Position numbers and translations under genes: made by a program. Below, piece by piece: positions 1 through 7,700 of a DNA stretch of 24,697 nucleotides. The stretch is taken from positions 1-24,697 of the forward strand of contig JBDKSP010000038.1 in assembly GCA_039680575.1 (NCBI GenBank). The letters run 5' to 3'. How positions within the stretch are numbered: position 1 is the first letter of the stretch; every line of letters starts with the position of its first letter. This DNA is from Armatimonadota bacterium. GTDB taxonomy: Bacteria; Armatimonadota; UBA5829; DTLH01. The notes beneath the pieces are model-generated. The model saw only the letters and a program-made list of their open reading frames with translations. It did not search any database and was not told the origin of the DNA.

Positions 1-1
1 A

Positions 2-2218
2 GTCCCTGCTGCAATGATGATACATACGGATGGGCCATATAAAGGCGGAGTATGGGCATCATTCGGAGTAGGTGACAAGGAGTGGTACAGGTCGCCATCA
101 GTGATAAAGTGCATAGGTAATATCGCCAAAAGGATGAATGACCGCGCATTTATGCTGGACGGAGGAACTGACCGCTATACATACTTCGAAGACCAGAGCA
201 TAAAGGCCGGCGCTCGTATAGCAAACCTTTCGAAAGAAGATAGAGCTAATCTTGAAGCCAGAGTCATTGTTACGGATCCTGCTACTAAAGAAGAGCATAA
301 GTTCAAATGGCCTGTTGCAGTAAAACCGGGTGAGGTAACATCGGTGGAGGGATCATTCAAGCCGGTGAAATGGGCAAGAGACGGCTTTTCAGTGACCACT
401 GAACTCATCTCTAATGGCGAGGTTATAGACCGGACTGTCCATACGGCTAATGTATGGATACCAAAGCAGGTAAAGCATTTCGTAACCATCAAGGACGGCG
501 AGTTCATGCTGGACGGCAAGGCCTGGCGGGCGTATGGCATCAACTATATGCCTTCCTCCGGCATCGGCTGGGAAGATAACTATAACTTCGAATATTGGCT
601 TGGCAAGATGGCTTATGATCCTCAAGTGATTGAACGCGATCTGCGGCATGTCAAAGATATGGGGTTCAATTCCATAAGCATATTCTGCTACGACAACAGC
701 GCTGACACACAAAACCTTGTAGATATTCTCCGACGTGCCGATAAGCTCGGACTTAAGGCAAATGTGGGCTTGAGACCGGGCATGCCGTATAAATTTGATT
801 GGGAGAAGATAAAGAGCATCATAGAGCTCAACAGGCTGGCTGAAAATGATGCAGTCTTTGCCTATGACATAGCCTGGGAACCGAGCTTCGGCGACCAAAA
901 CGAGCGCAAACACTGGGACTCTGACTGGGAAAAATGGGTCATAGAAAGATACGGCAGCATAGCAAACGCCGAGAAAGACTGGAGTTATTCTATTCCAAGG
1001 GATAAAAACGGTAAAGTCACAAACCCGCTGCCTGACCAGATCGATACCGACGGCGATTGGCGAGTGATGGCCGCCGCGTACAGAAAATTTCTGGACTTTC
1101 TGCTGTATAAGCAGTACGGCGGGGCAAGACAGTTGATACGCTCAGTGGACCCGAACCATTTTGTGAGCTTCAGGATGGCGGAAGCTGCAAACCCGACATA
1201 TAAATGGGGTGGTCGGATAACCTACGACTTCCCGTATCTGGCGGCGGGCGTGGATTTTCTCGCTCCGGAGGCTTATGGCCGGAGAGGTAACTGGGAAAAG
1301 ACGAAGCCCGGCATGTTCGAGACAACCTATGCAAGGTGGGCATCGCCTGGTACGCCTATGATATGGGCGGAATCCGGTCAGAGCTCCTGGGACAACTCAC
1401 GGATGGAGAATACGGCTGGTTCGCTCCAGCTCGCAGCTGGTGTATACGAGGATTTTTACCGGCTGCTTATCGAATCCGAAGCTAATGGTGTCTTTTTCTG
1501 GTGGTATCCAGGGGGATACAGGGTCAATGAGCATAGCGATTACGGTGTGATAGAGCCTGACGGCAGCGACCGCGCGGTAACAAAGGTCATCCGCAAGTAT
1601 GGGCCGAAGTTCATGGCGATAAAAAAGCACAAGACGCCGGACTATTGGATAGTGTTCGACCGTGACAAGCATACTGATGGAGTGTCAGGCATATACAACA
1701 AAGTAGGCGCTGAATACTGGAAAGCGATTGCTGACGGCAAGACACCGGGCTTGAAAACTATCGCTACAGGCTCTGATTCATCAAATTGTCCGCTTACCGC
1801 TGTGGGTAACGTGGCTTCTAACGGGTCTAACCCGCTCAAATACCTGGATGGGGCAATAGACTCCGTAAAAGTTATGAATGCCGATGGAAAATGGGTCTCT
1901 GTCGATAAAGGCGGAAGCGTCGAGGTAGATCCGAACAAGCCTGTCGTTGCGATGGTCGAGCTTATGAACCTCGGAGAAGCAAAATGGATTGCAGCGAAGG
2001 GTAAAGGCAGGGTATTTGTATTAGTAGACGGAACAAACAAGCTGAGCACTCCGCTTCCGAAGAGCGTAGGGCATCTGCAGCCCACTAAAGTGACTAATGT
2101 AGCACTGGCAGAGGCCGGTCTGAAGTTGCCGACAGATGTCGTGTTGACGCTTTATGCAAACGGCAGAGCCAGGTTCGGTGAGAAGTTCAAACTGACACTG
2201 AAACCGCGCGTGCAGTAA
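2..2218 (+). CDS. Clan GH-A glycoside hydrolase (GH5/GH42-like TIM barrel) with flanking beta-domains; probably 5'-truncated by the window edge
   Basis: Frame is open from base 2 (first ATG at 14). Motifs FMLDGKAWRAYGINY, IERDLRHVKDMGFNSISIF, putative acid/base YDIAWEP (Glu ~878), putative nucleophile MIWAESG (Glu ~1370), GVFFWW and DYGVI. Confidence 0.7.
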   Translation, partial: VPAAMMIHTDGPYKGGVWASFGVGDKEWYRSPSVIKCIGNIAKRMNDRAFMLDGGTDRYTYFEDQSIKAGARIANLSKEDRANLEARVIVTDPATKEEHKFKWPVAVKPGEVTSVEGSFKPVKWARDGFSVTTELISNGEVIDRTVHTANVWIPKQVKHFVTIKDGEFMLDGKAWRAYGINYMPSSGIGWEDNYNFEYWLGKMAYDPQVIERDLRHVKDMGFNSISIFCYDNSADTQNLVDILRRADKLGLKANVGLRPGMPYKFDWEKIKSIIELNRLAENDAVFAYDIAWEPSFGDQNERKHWDSDWEKWVIERYGSIANAEKDWSYSIPRDKNGKVTNPLPDQIDTDGDWRVMAAAYRKFLDFLLYKQYGGARQLIRSVDPNHFVSFRMAEAANPTYKWGGRITYDFPYLAAGVDFLAPEAYGRRGNWEKTKPGMFETTYARWASPGTPMIWAESGQSSWDNSRMENTAGSLQLAAGVYEDFYRLLIESEANGVFFWWYPGGYRVNEHSDYGVIEPDGSDRAVTKVIRKYGPKFMAIKKHKTPDYWIVFDRDKHTDGVSGIYNKVGAEYWKAIADGKTPGLKTIATGSDSSNCPLTAVGNVASNGSNPLKYLDGAIDSVKVMNADGKWVSVDKGGSVEVDPNKPVVAMVELMNLGEAKWIAAKGKGRVFVLVDGTNKLSTPLPKSVGHLQPTKVTNVALAEAGLKLPTDVVLTLYANGRARFGEKFKLTLKPRVQ

Positions 2219-2231
2219 GTAATCCTCCGTA

Positions 2232-2276
2232 CAAAAAATCAGCTCTGGTTCAAAGCCGTGCTCTTTGAGCCAGAGC
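2232..2276 (-). terminator. Rho-independent terminator, minus strand (the stem could also act on the plus strand)
   Basis: Minus strand reads GCTCTGGCTCAAAG-agcacgg-CTTTGAACCAGAGC, then TGATTTTTTG. The 14-bp stem has one mismatch on this strand (a G-U pair on the plus strand). Confidence 0.75.
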
Positions 2277-2326
2277 CAGAGGAAAGGAGGTGAAAGGAGA
2301 AAAAGATGTTTCTGGTCTCTTTCTAC
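2232..2326 (-). ncRNA. Candidate ~95-nt small RNA with an anti-SD motif (UCACCUCCUUU)
   Basis: Lies between an ECF-type promoter and a terminator. A 5' hairpin (AGAAAGAGA/TCTTTTTCT) is followed by unpaired CCTTTCACCTCCTTTCC and then the terminator stem. Confidence 0.5.
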
Positions 2327-2407
2327 TTTCTATACGACTCTGCCAATAAAATGGTTCCCAAATTAATTCATACTTTAAGCGCATTTTATGGGCTAATATT
2401 TATTTAA
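2306..2407 (+). CDS. Candidate 33-aa hydrophobic peptide MFLVSFYFLYDSANKMVPKLIHTLSAFYGLIFI
   Basis: Translated by hand. ATG at 2306 is preceded by AAAGGAGGTGAAAGGAG (AGGAG 6 nt upstream); TAA at 2405-2407. Below the ORF-track cutoff. Confidence 0.3.
   Translation: MFLVSFYFLYDSANKMVPKLIHTLSAFYGLIFI
2331..2358 (-). promoter_or_regulatory. ECF-sigma-type promoter GGAAC-N17-CGTA
   Basis: Minus strand reads GGGAACcattttattggcagaGTCGTATAG, matching the -35 'AAC' and -10 'CGT' cores typical of ECF promoters. Confidence 0.5.
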
Positions 2408-2423
2408 TTCTGACAAATTTAGT

Positions 2424-3752
2424 TCACTCGAGCAAGTTCATCGGTGATTCCAGAGCCTGTTTGACATCTCTCAGGAACTCAGCAACACGCGCCCCATCCG
2501 TTACACGGTGGTCGGCTGAGGCTGTAATCCGCATCATGTGCCTGATTTCTATTGAGTTATCCACCGCAACAGGCTTGGGTGTTGCCGCTCCAGCAGCCAG
2601 TATAACGGCCTGCGGAGGCACTATAATAGCCGAAAACTCTTCTACATCATACATTCCCATATTTGTCACAGTAAACGTACCTCCAGAGTATTCCTCCGGC
2701 CTGATCTGACCGCTTCTTGTCCGGGCTACCAGGTCTTTGGCCTCGTCCGAGATAGCTGAAAGGGACTTTTTCTCGCAGGTTCGAACTACCGGGGTTATCA
2801 GCCCTTCGGGAATCGCTACCGCTATACCGATGTTTATCTCCGGGTGCAGCGCTATTTTGTTGCCGCCGCCGTAAGACGCATTGATGGTCGGGTGTTTCAC
2901 AAGCGCAATCGCACAGGCCTTTAGAATTATGTCGTTTACGGAGATCTGATGGTTTTCGGGACGGCTTTTGTTCATCCACTCCCGGATCCGGAGCGATTCA
3001 TCCATATCGACTTCTATTGTCACATAGAAGTGAGGTGCCTGCTGTTTGCTTTCGGTCATACGCTTGCCAACGGACTCCCAAATCTTGCCTACCGTCATCT
3101 CTCTCGTCACAAGCGCCGTTGGGCCAGGGGTTGGCGCGGGTGCCTGCGGTGCGGCAGCGGCAGGCGCGGCTGCTGGAGCTTCTTCTTTCGCAGCCGGGCG
3201 AGGCTTTACGCCTCCTTCGATGAACGATCTTACGTCGGACTCGACTATCCTTCCGCCGGGACCGCTCCCTTTTATCTCCCGCAGGTCGACGCCTGCATCC
3301 ATTGCTATCTTGCGGGCAAGCGGGGAGACTCTGACCCCTTCTTCCTCCAGCCTCGGAGGGGCTTCAGCCGTTGGTGGAGGCGGCGGCACAGGCTCGACCA
3401 CACGCGGCGCTTCCGGGCGTTCTTCTACTCTCGGCACTGGCGGCGGCTTTACCTCTTCTTTTCTTTCCTCCGGCGGAGCAGGTGGCGCTGCCCCGCCTTT
3501 TACGCCTGCCATCTCACCGGCAGGCGATACTACCGCTATCGGCGTGCCTATAGGCACCGATTCACCTTCAGGAATACGGATTTCGGATATAACACCCGAA
3601 TCCGTAGCTTCGATCTCCACATTTGCTTTATCTGTTTCTATCTCAGCGATAGGTTCTCCCTTTTGCACATCGTCGCCCTTTTGTTTTATCCAACGAAGGA
3701 CCTTGCCTTCCTCCATAGCATCGCTCATCTTAGGCATTATGATGTCGGACAT
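2424..3752 (-). CDS. pdhC: Pyruvate dehydrogenase E2, dihydrolipoamide acetyltransferase (single lipoyl domain)
   Basis: MSDIIMPKMSDAMEEG start, lipoyl motif ETDKA, Pro/Ala linkers, E3-binding domain SPLARKIA..GSGPGGRI, catalytic DHRVTDG. Start moved to ATG 3752, which has AGGAGG upstream. Confidence 0.93.
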   Translation of the reverse strand: MSDIIMPKMSDAMEEGKVLRWIKQKGDDVQKGEPIAEIETDKANVEIEATDSGVISEIRIPEGESVPIGTPIAVVSPAGEMAGVKGGAAPPAPPEERKEEVKPPPVPRVEERPEAPRVVEPVPPPPPTAEAPPRLEEEGVRVSPLARKIAMDAGVDLREIKGSGPGGRIVESDVRSFIEGGVKPRPAAKEEAPAAAPAAAAPQAPAPTPGPTALVTREMTVGKIWESVGKRMTESKQQAPHFYVTIEVDMDESLRIREWMNKSRPENHQISVNDIILKACAIALVKHPTINASYGGGNKIALHPEINIGIAVAIPEGLITPVVRTCEKKSLSAISDEAKDLVARTRSGQIRPEEYSGGTFTVTNMGMYDVEEFSAIIVPPQAVILAAGAATPKPVAVDNSIEIRHMMRITASADHRVTDGARVAEFLRDVKQALESPMNLLE

Positions 3753-4824
3753 TTGTTGCCTCCTGCTCCTCTTCTTCCTCTTCTTCTTCAAGCTCTTCGC
3801 GGGTCTGGCGCGCTTCTTCGAGCATTTTTCTCTTTATGTCGCGGCACTCGCGGCCAACCACGCAGCGGACGGCGTTCGCAATCTTCTCTTCGTTCGGGAT
3901 TGCCGACCGCTCGAGGTTCTTGGAATAAGGCATGGGAACATCTTCCAGGGTGACTCGCGTGATCGGCGCGTCAAAATAGTCGAACGCAGCCTCCTGTAGC
4001 CTTGTTATTACCTCGGCCCCGGATCCGCACATCGGCCAGTCTTCTTCCACGACTATGGCCCGGTGAGTTTTTCTGAGCGATTCGATGAGCGTCTCGGTAT
4101 CCATCGGGCGGAGTGACCTCAGGTCTATGACTTCCGCCTCGATTCCTTCCGTCGCAAGCGCATGGGCGGCGGCGAGCGACACGGCAGTCATCCTCAGATA
4201 TGTGATTATCGTGACATCGCGGCCTTCCCGTTTTATGTCGGCCTTGCCGATAGGTACCGTATACTCTTCTTCAGGGACTTCGCCTTTCGTCGTGTAGAGC
4301 ATCTCGTGCTCTAGAAAAATGACGGGGTTGTCATCCCTTATGGCCGATTTCAAGAGCCCCTTGGCGTCGTACGGCGTCGCGGGAGCGACGACTTTCAGCC
4401 CCGGGATGTGCATGAACCAGGACTCGAAGTTCTGTGAGTGCTGCGCGCCGAGCTGCATCCCCGCGCCCTGCGGCGCTCTAATGGTAAGCGGGATTTTAAT
4501 TTGCCCGCCGGACATATATCTGAGTTTCGATGAGTGGTTTACTATCTGGTCCATCGCAAGGAGCGAGAAGTTCACCGTCATCATCTCGACGACCGGGCGG
4601 AGTCCCAGCATCGCCGCGCCGTTTCCTACGCCGACGATGGCTTCCTCCGAGATCGGAGTATCCAGCACTCTTTTCTCCCCGAACTCCTGCAAAAGCCCTT
4701 CCGTTACCCTGTAGGCTCCCTGGTAATGCGCGATATCTTCACCTATGATAAAGACATCGGGGTCGCGCCTCATCTCCTCGCGGAGCGCCAGGTTCAACGC
4801 TTGTCGGTACATCATCACAGCCAT
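3730..4824 (-). CDS. pdhB: Pyruvate dehydrogenase E1 beta subunit with an acidic C-terminal extension
   Basis: Motifs GEDIAHYQGAYRVT, DTPISE, GAQHSQ, AIRDDNPVIFLEHE, EVIDLRSLRP. Overlaps pdhC by 23 nt. Confidence 0.95.
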   Translation of the reverse strand: MAVMMYRQALNLALREEMRRDPDVFIIGEDIAHYQGAYRVTEGLLQEFGEKRVLDTPISEEAIVGVGNGAAMLGLRPVVEMMTVNFSLLAMDQIVNHSSKLRYMSGGQIKIPLTIRAPQGAGMQLGAQHSQNFESWFMHIPGLKVVAPATPYDAKGLLKSAIRDDNPVIFLEHEMLYTTKGEVPEEEYTVPIGKADIKREGRDVTIITYLRMTAVSLAAAHALATEGIEAEVIDLRSLRPMDTETLIESLRKTHRAIVVEEDWPMCGSGAEVITRLQEAAFDYFDAPITRVTLEDVPMPYSKNLERSAIPNEEKIANAVRCVVGRECRDIKRKMLEEARQTREELEEEEEEEEQEATNVRHHNA

Positions 4825-4835
4825 AATTGAGCTCC

Positions 4836-5789
4836 TTATGCGTAAACATTCTCGAAAAGCTCGTCAAAGGTCGGCTCATGGGATTCCTCGGCGTAGCTTA
4901 CGGCGTCGTCGATTATCTCCGTGATCTCGGCGTCGATCGAGTCCAGATCATCCTGTGTTGCCAGGTCTTCTTTCAACAGGTAATTTGCGAATTGTGGGAT
5001 AGGGTCGCGCTTTTCCCATTCCTGTATTTCTTCTTTCGTCCGATAGGTCCCAGGGTCGGCTATGGAGTGGCCTCGGTACCTGTAGGTTACGGCTTCGATG
5101 AACCTCGGCCTCTTGTCGCGCCGCACCAGCCGTATACCTCGCTCCGCTGCTTCTTTCACCGTGAGAAGGTCCATGCCGTCGATGCTTTCGACTTCAAGGT
5201 CATAGCACTGGGCGCGGCGGAACAGTTCCGGGATGGATGAAGCCCGGTTAACGGCAGTCCCCATCCCGTAGAAGTTATTCTCGCAGACATAAAGCACGGG
5301 AAGGTTCCAGAGCGAGGCCAGATTGAGCGATTCGTGGAATGCGCCTTCGTTTACCGCTCCGTCACCGAAGAAACAGAGGCATACCTGGTCGGTCTCGCGG
5401 TAATTGATGGCGAATCCCATCCCTGTGGCAAGCGGCATGCCGCTTCCCACTATGCCGTCGCCGCCCATGAAGTGCCTTTCGACATCGAACATGTGCATCG
5501 AGCCGCCTTTTCCACGGGATACTCCCGTGCGCTTACCGTAAAGCTCCGCCATCACCCGGCGAGGCTCTATTCCCTTCGTAAGCGCCTGGCCGTGCTCCCG
5601 GTACGCGCTGATTACGTAGTCGTCGGGCTTGAGCGAAGAGATAAACCCCACGGCCACGGCCTCCTGCCCGATGTAGAGGTGAAGAAACCCGCCGATTTTT
5701 CCCGCCTTATACAGCTCGCCAGCCCTTTCTTCGAATTTTCGGATCAGGACCATCTGGCGATACATTTCGATAAGCTCACTTTTATCCAT
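4836..5789 (-). CDS. pdhA: Pyruvate dehydrogenase E1 alpha subunit
   Basis: Motifs GFLHLYIGQEA, GKGGSMH, TPP-binding GDGA...ENN, TYRYRGHS. AGGAG upstream of the start. Confidence 0.96.
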   Translation of the reverse strand: MDKSELIEMYRQMVLIRKFEERAGELYKAGKIGGFLHLYIGQEAVAVGFISSLKPDDYVISAYREHGQALTKGIEPRRVMAELYGKRTGVSRGKGGSMHMFDVERHFMGGDGIVGSGMPLATGMGFAINYRETDQVCLCFFGDGAVNEGAFHESLNLASLWNLPVLYVCENNFYGMGTAVNRASSIPELFRRAQCYDLEVESIDGMDLLTVKEAAERGIRLVRRDKRPRFIEAVTYRYRGHSIADPGTYRTKEEIQEWEKRDPIPQFANYLLKEDLATQDDLDSIDAEITEIIDDAVSYAEESHEPTFDELFENVYA

Positions 5790-5944
5790 GGCGCGTAACT
5801 CCTGCCAAAACTCTCTAGTATCAGTTCTTACTACCGTATCTTCCCATTTTAAGGCTTGAGTATGCAGAGCTGATGGTGTTTTCGGAGTGGCGGACGGGGT
5901 AGCTGTCAGTTGTCAGCATCGGCTATCAGTAGATAGTTTCGCCG

Positions 5945-5988
5945 TAGAGTCAACTCTATTTTCCCATTGCATCGAGTGGTGGTATAGT
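5945..5988 (+). promoter_or_regulatory. Putative hut promoter (extended -10 TGgTATAGT) with an upstream palindrome TAGAGT-CA-ACTCTA
   Basis: TATAGT at 5983-5988 is preceded by TG. The palindrome at 5945-5958 lies in the divergent pdhA/hutH gap. Confidence 0.4.
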
Positions 5989-6044
5989 ATTGAGTGTCAA
6001 ATAGGCTGTGTAAATATTAGGCGGCTGTCAATGAAGAGGGCTAT

Positions 6045-7577
6045 ATGAGAGTTGTATTAAACGGAGAGAATTTAACAATCGAGCAGGTTCAGGATGTAGC
6101 TCGTAACTATGCGCGAGTTGAAATAGCTCAGGATGTACGCGAAAAGGTGAATGCGAGCCACGAACTGGTGCTCAAACTGGTTGAGCGCGGCGAAGTCCTA
6201 TATGGAATCACCACAGGGATAGGGGAGTTCGCAAAGGTAAGAATAGATAGAGAACAGTCCTGTGAGATGCAGAAACGCATCATCAGGAGCCATGCGGCCT
6301 GCACCGGCAATATCATCCCGGAAGATCATGTCCGTGCAATTATGCTTCTCCGCGCTAATGTAATGGCAAAAGGCTACAGCGGAGCAAGATACTCTACACT
6401 TCAGACCATCGTCGACATGATCAACAAGAACGCAATCCCCGTTACTTACGAGAAAGGCTCGCTTGGCGCAAGCGGGGACCTTTCATCGCTTGCGATGCTT
6501 TCCCTCGTAGTCATAGGCGAAGGCGAAGCTTTCTATAAAGGCCGGAGGATGCCTGGCAAGGAAGCTATGGACCTGGCGGGGATAAAGATCGTCGATCCGA
6601 CTTATAAGGAAGCCCTTGCGCTCATAAACGGCACGCAAATGTTCACCGGGCTCGGCGCGCTCCTTTGCAAAGATGCGGAAGGGCTTATCAAGAACTCTCA
6701 GATCGCCTGCGGAATGACTATAGATGCGCTTAAGGGCATGATGAAGGCATTCGACCCGCGGCTTCACGCGCTGAGACCTTTCCCAGGGCAAAATGCCGTT
6801 GCTGCGAACATCCGAAGACTTACGGAAGAAAGCGAGATCATAGCAGATGACTCGACGGACAAAGTTCAGGACGGTTACAGCCTGCGCTGCACCGGGCAGA
6901 TACTTGGACCGGCTCTAGACACGCTTAAATATGTCCGTGAGCAGGTCACAATTGAGATGAACTCAGCAGCGGATAACCCGCTCTTCATAGCGGCTGATGA
7001 GGAGTTCCTGACCGGCGGCAATTTCCACGGTCAGTCGGTCGCGGCGGCTATGGATTATCTCGCTATTCCAATGACGACTCTCTGTGGGTTCTCTGAGCGC
7101 CATATAAATAGATTGTTGAACTCTCAACTCTCCGGTTTGCCTGATTTTCTTGTTGGTGCGGAAGGTCTGAACTCCGGTTTGATGATCGTGCAGTACACTG
7201 CGGCGGCGCTCGCGTCCGAAAACAAGGTTTATGCCCATCCAGCTTCAGTCGATTCGATTCCGGTCTCGGCTGACCAGGAAGATTATGTTTCTATGGGTGC
7301 AGGCGCGGCGCTCAAACTCCGCCAGGTGATGAACAACGCAGCATCCGTCATAGCGCTTCATCTGATGTGCGCGGCGCAGGCCGTAGACTTCCGCTCGCCC
7401 CTAAAACCCGGCAAGGGAACAGCAGCCGCATACAAAGAGATCCGCAAGCAGGTGGAATTTTTGAAAGACGACCGCCCGCTCTACCCGGACATCGATACGC
7501 TTACCGAGATGGTGAGGAAGAATACAATAGCCGATGCCGTGGAGCGGGAAATAGGCTCACTTGAGATAGTTTGGTAG
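6045..7577 (+). CDS. hutH: Histidine ammonia-lyase (MIO-dependent aromatic amino acid lyase family)
   Basis: YGITTG, HAL-type RSHAA, MIO motif GASGD (ASG at 6468-6476), KEALALING, QDGYSLRC, GGNFHG, QEDYVSM. Lies directly upstream of hutU. Confidence 0.88.
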   Translation: MRVVLNGENLTIEQVQDVARNYARVEIAQDVREKVNASHELVLKLVERGEVLYGITTGIGEFAKVRIDREQSCEMQKRIIRSHAACTGNIIPEDHVRAIMLLRANVMAKGYSGARYSTLQTIVDMINKNAIPVTYEKGSLGASGDLSSLAMLSLVVIGEGEAFYKGRRMPGKEAMDLAGIKIVDPTYKEALALINGTQMFTGLGALLCKDAEGLIKNSQIACGMTIDALKGMMKAFDPRLHALRPFPGQNAVAANIRRLTEESEIIADDSTDKVQDGYSLRCTGQILGPALDTLKYVREQVTIEMNSAADNPLFIAADEEFLTGGNFHGQSVAAAMDYLAIPMTTLCGFSERHINRLLNSQLSGLPDFLVGAEGLNSGLMIVQYTAAALASENKVYAHPASVDSIPVSADQEDYVSMGAGAALKLRQVMNNAASVIALHLMCAAQAVDFRSPLKPGKGTAAAYKEIRKQVEFLKDDRPLYPDIDTLTEMVRKNTIADAVEREIGSLEIVW

Positions 7578-7635
7578 AGAACAGAAGTAGTGGTCGGTCT
7601 ACACTCTCGGGCTGTATTTGCAATGCAGCCTTGAT

Positions 7636-7656
7636 GGCATGGATCCCCTGGGCCAT
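7636..7656. repeat. REP-like palindromic repeat family A, copy 1
   Basis: GGCATGGATCCCCTGGGCCAT is 20/21 identical to the reverse complement of 13691-13711. Confidence 0.55.
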
Positions 7657-7700
7657 AAACGAACTGAAAGCTGATGACTCTGCAAAATAGAGGTTGAAAT

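Noticed and set aside
3753..3791. Basic N-terminal extension MKKKRKKRSRRQQ on PdhC
   Set aside because: It is the alternate-frame reading of the pdhB poly-Glu tail; the SD points to ATG 3752.
2949..3999. Long plus-strand ORFs (334 and 317 aa) opposite pdhC/pdhB
   Set aside because: Antisense shadows of GC-rich, Pro/Ala-rich coding sequence; no recognisable motifs.
5903..5936. Short degenerate heptamer run (CTGTCAG TTGTCAG...CTATCAG)
   Set aside because: Too short and degenerate to support a repeat call.
7614..7624. TGTATTTGCA, resembling a HutC box
   Set aside because: Imperfect, part of an RNA-type hairpin inside the operon, and no hutC is present.
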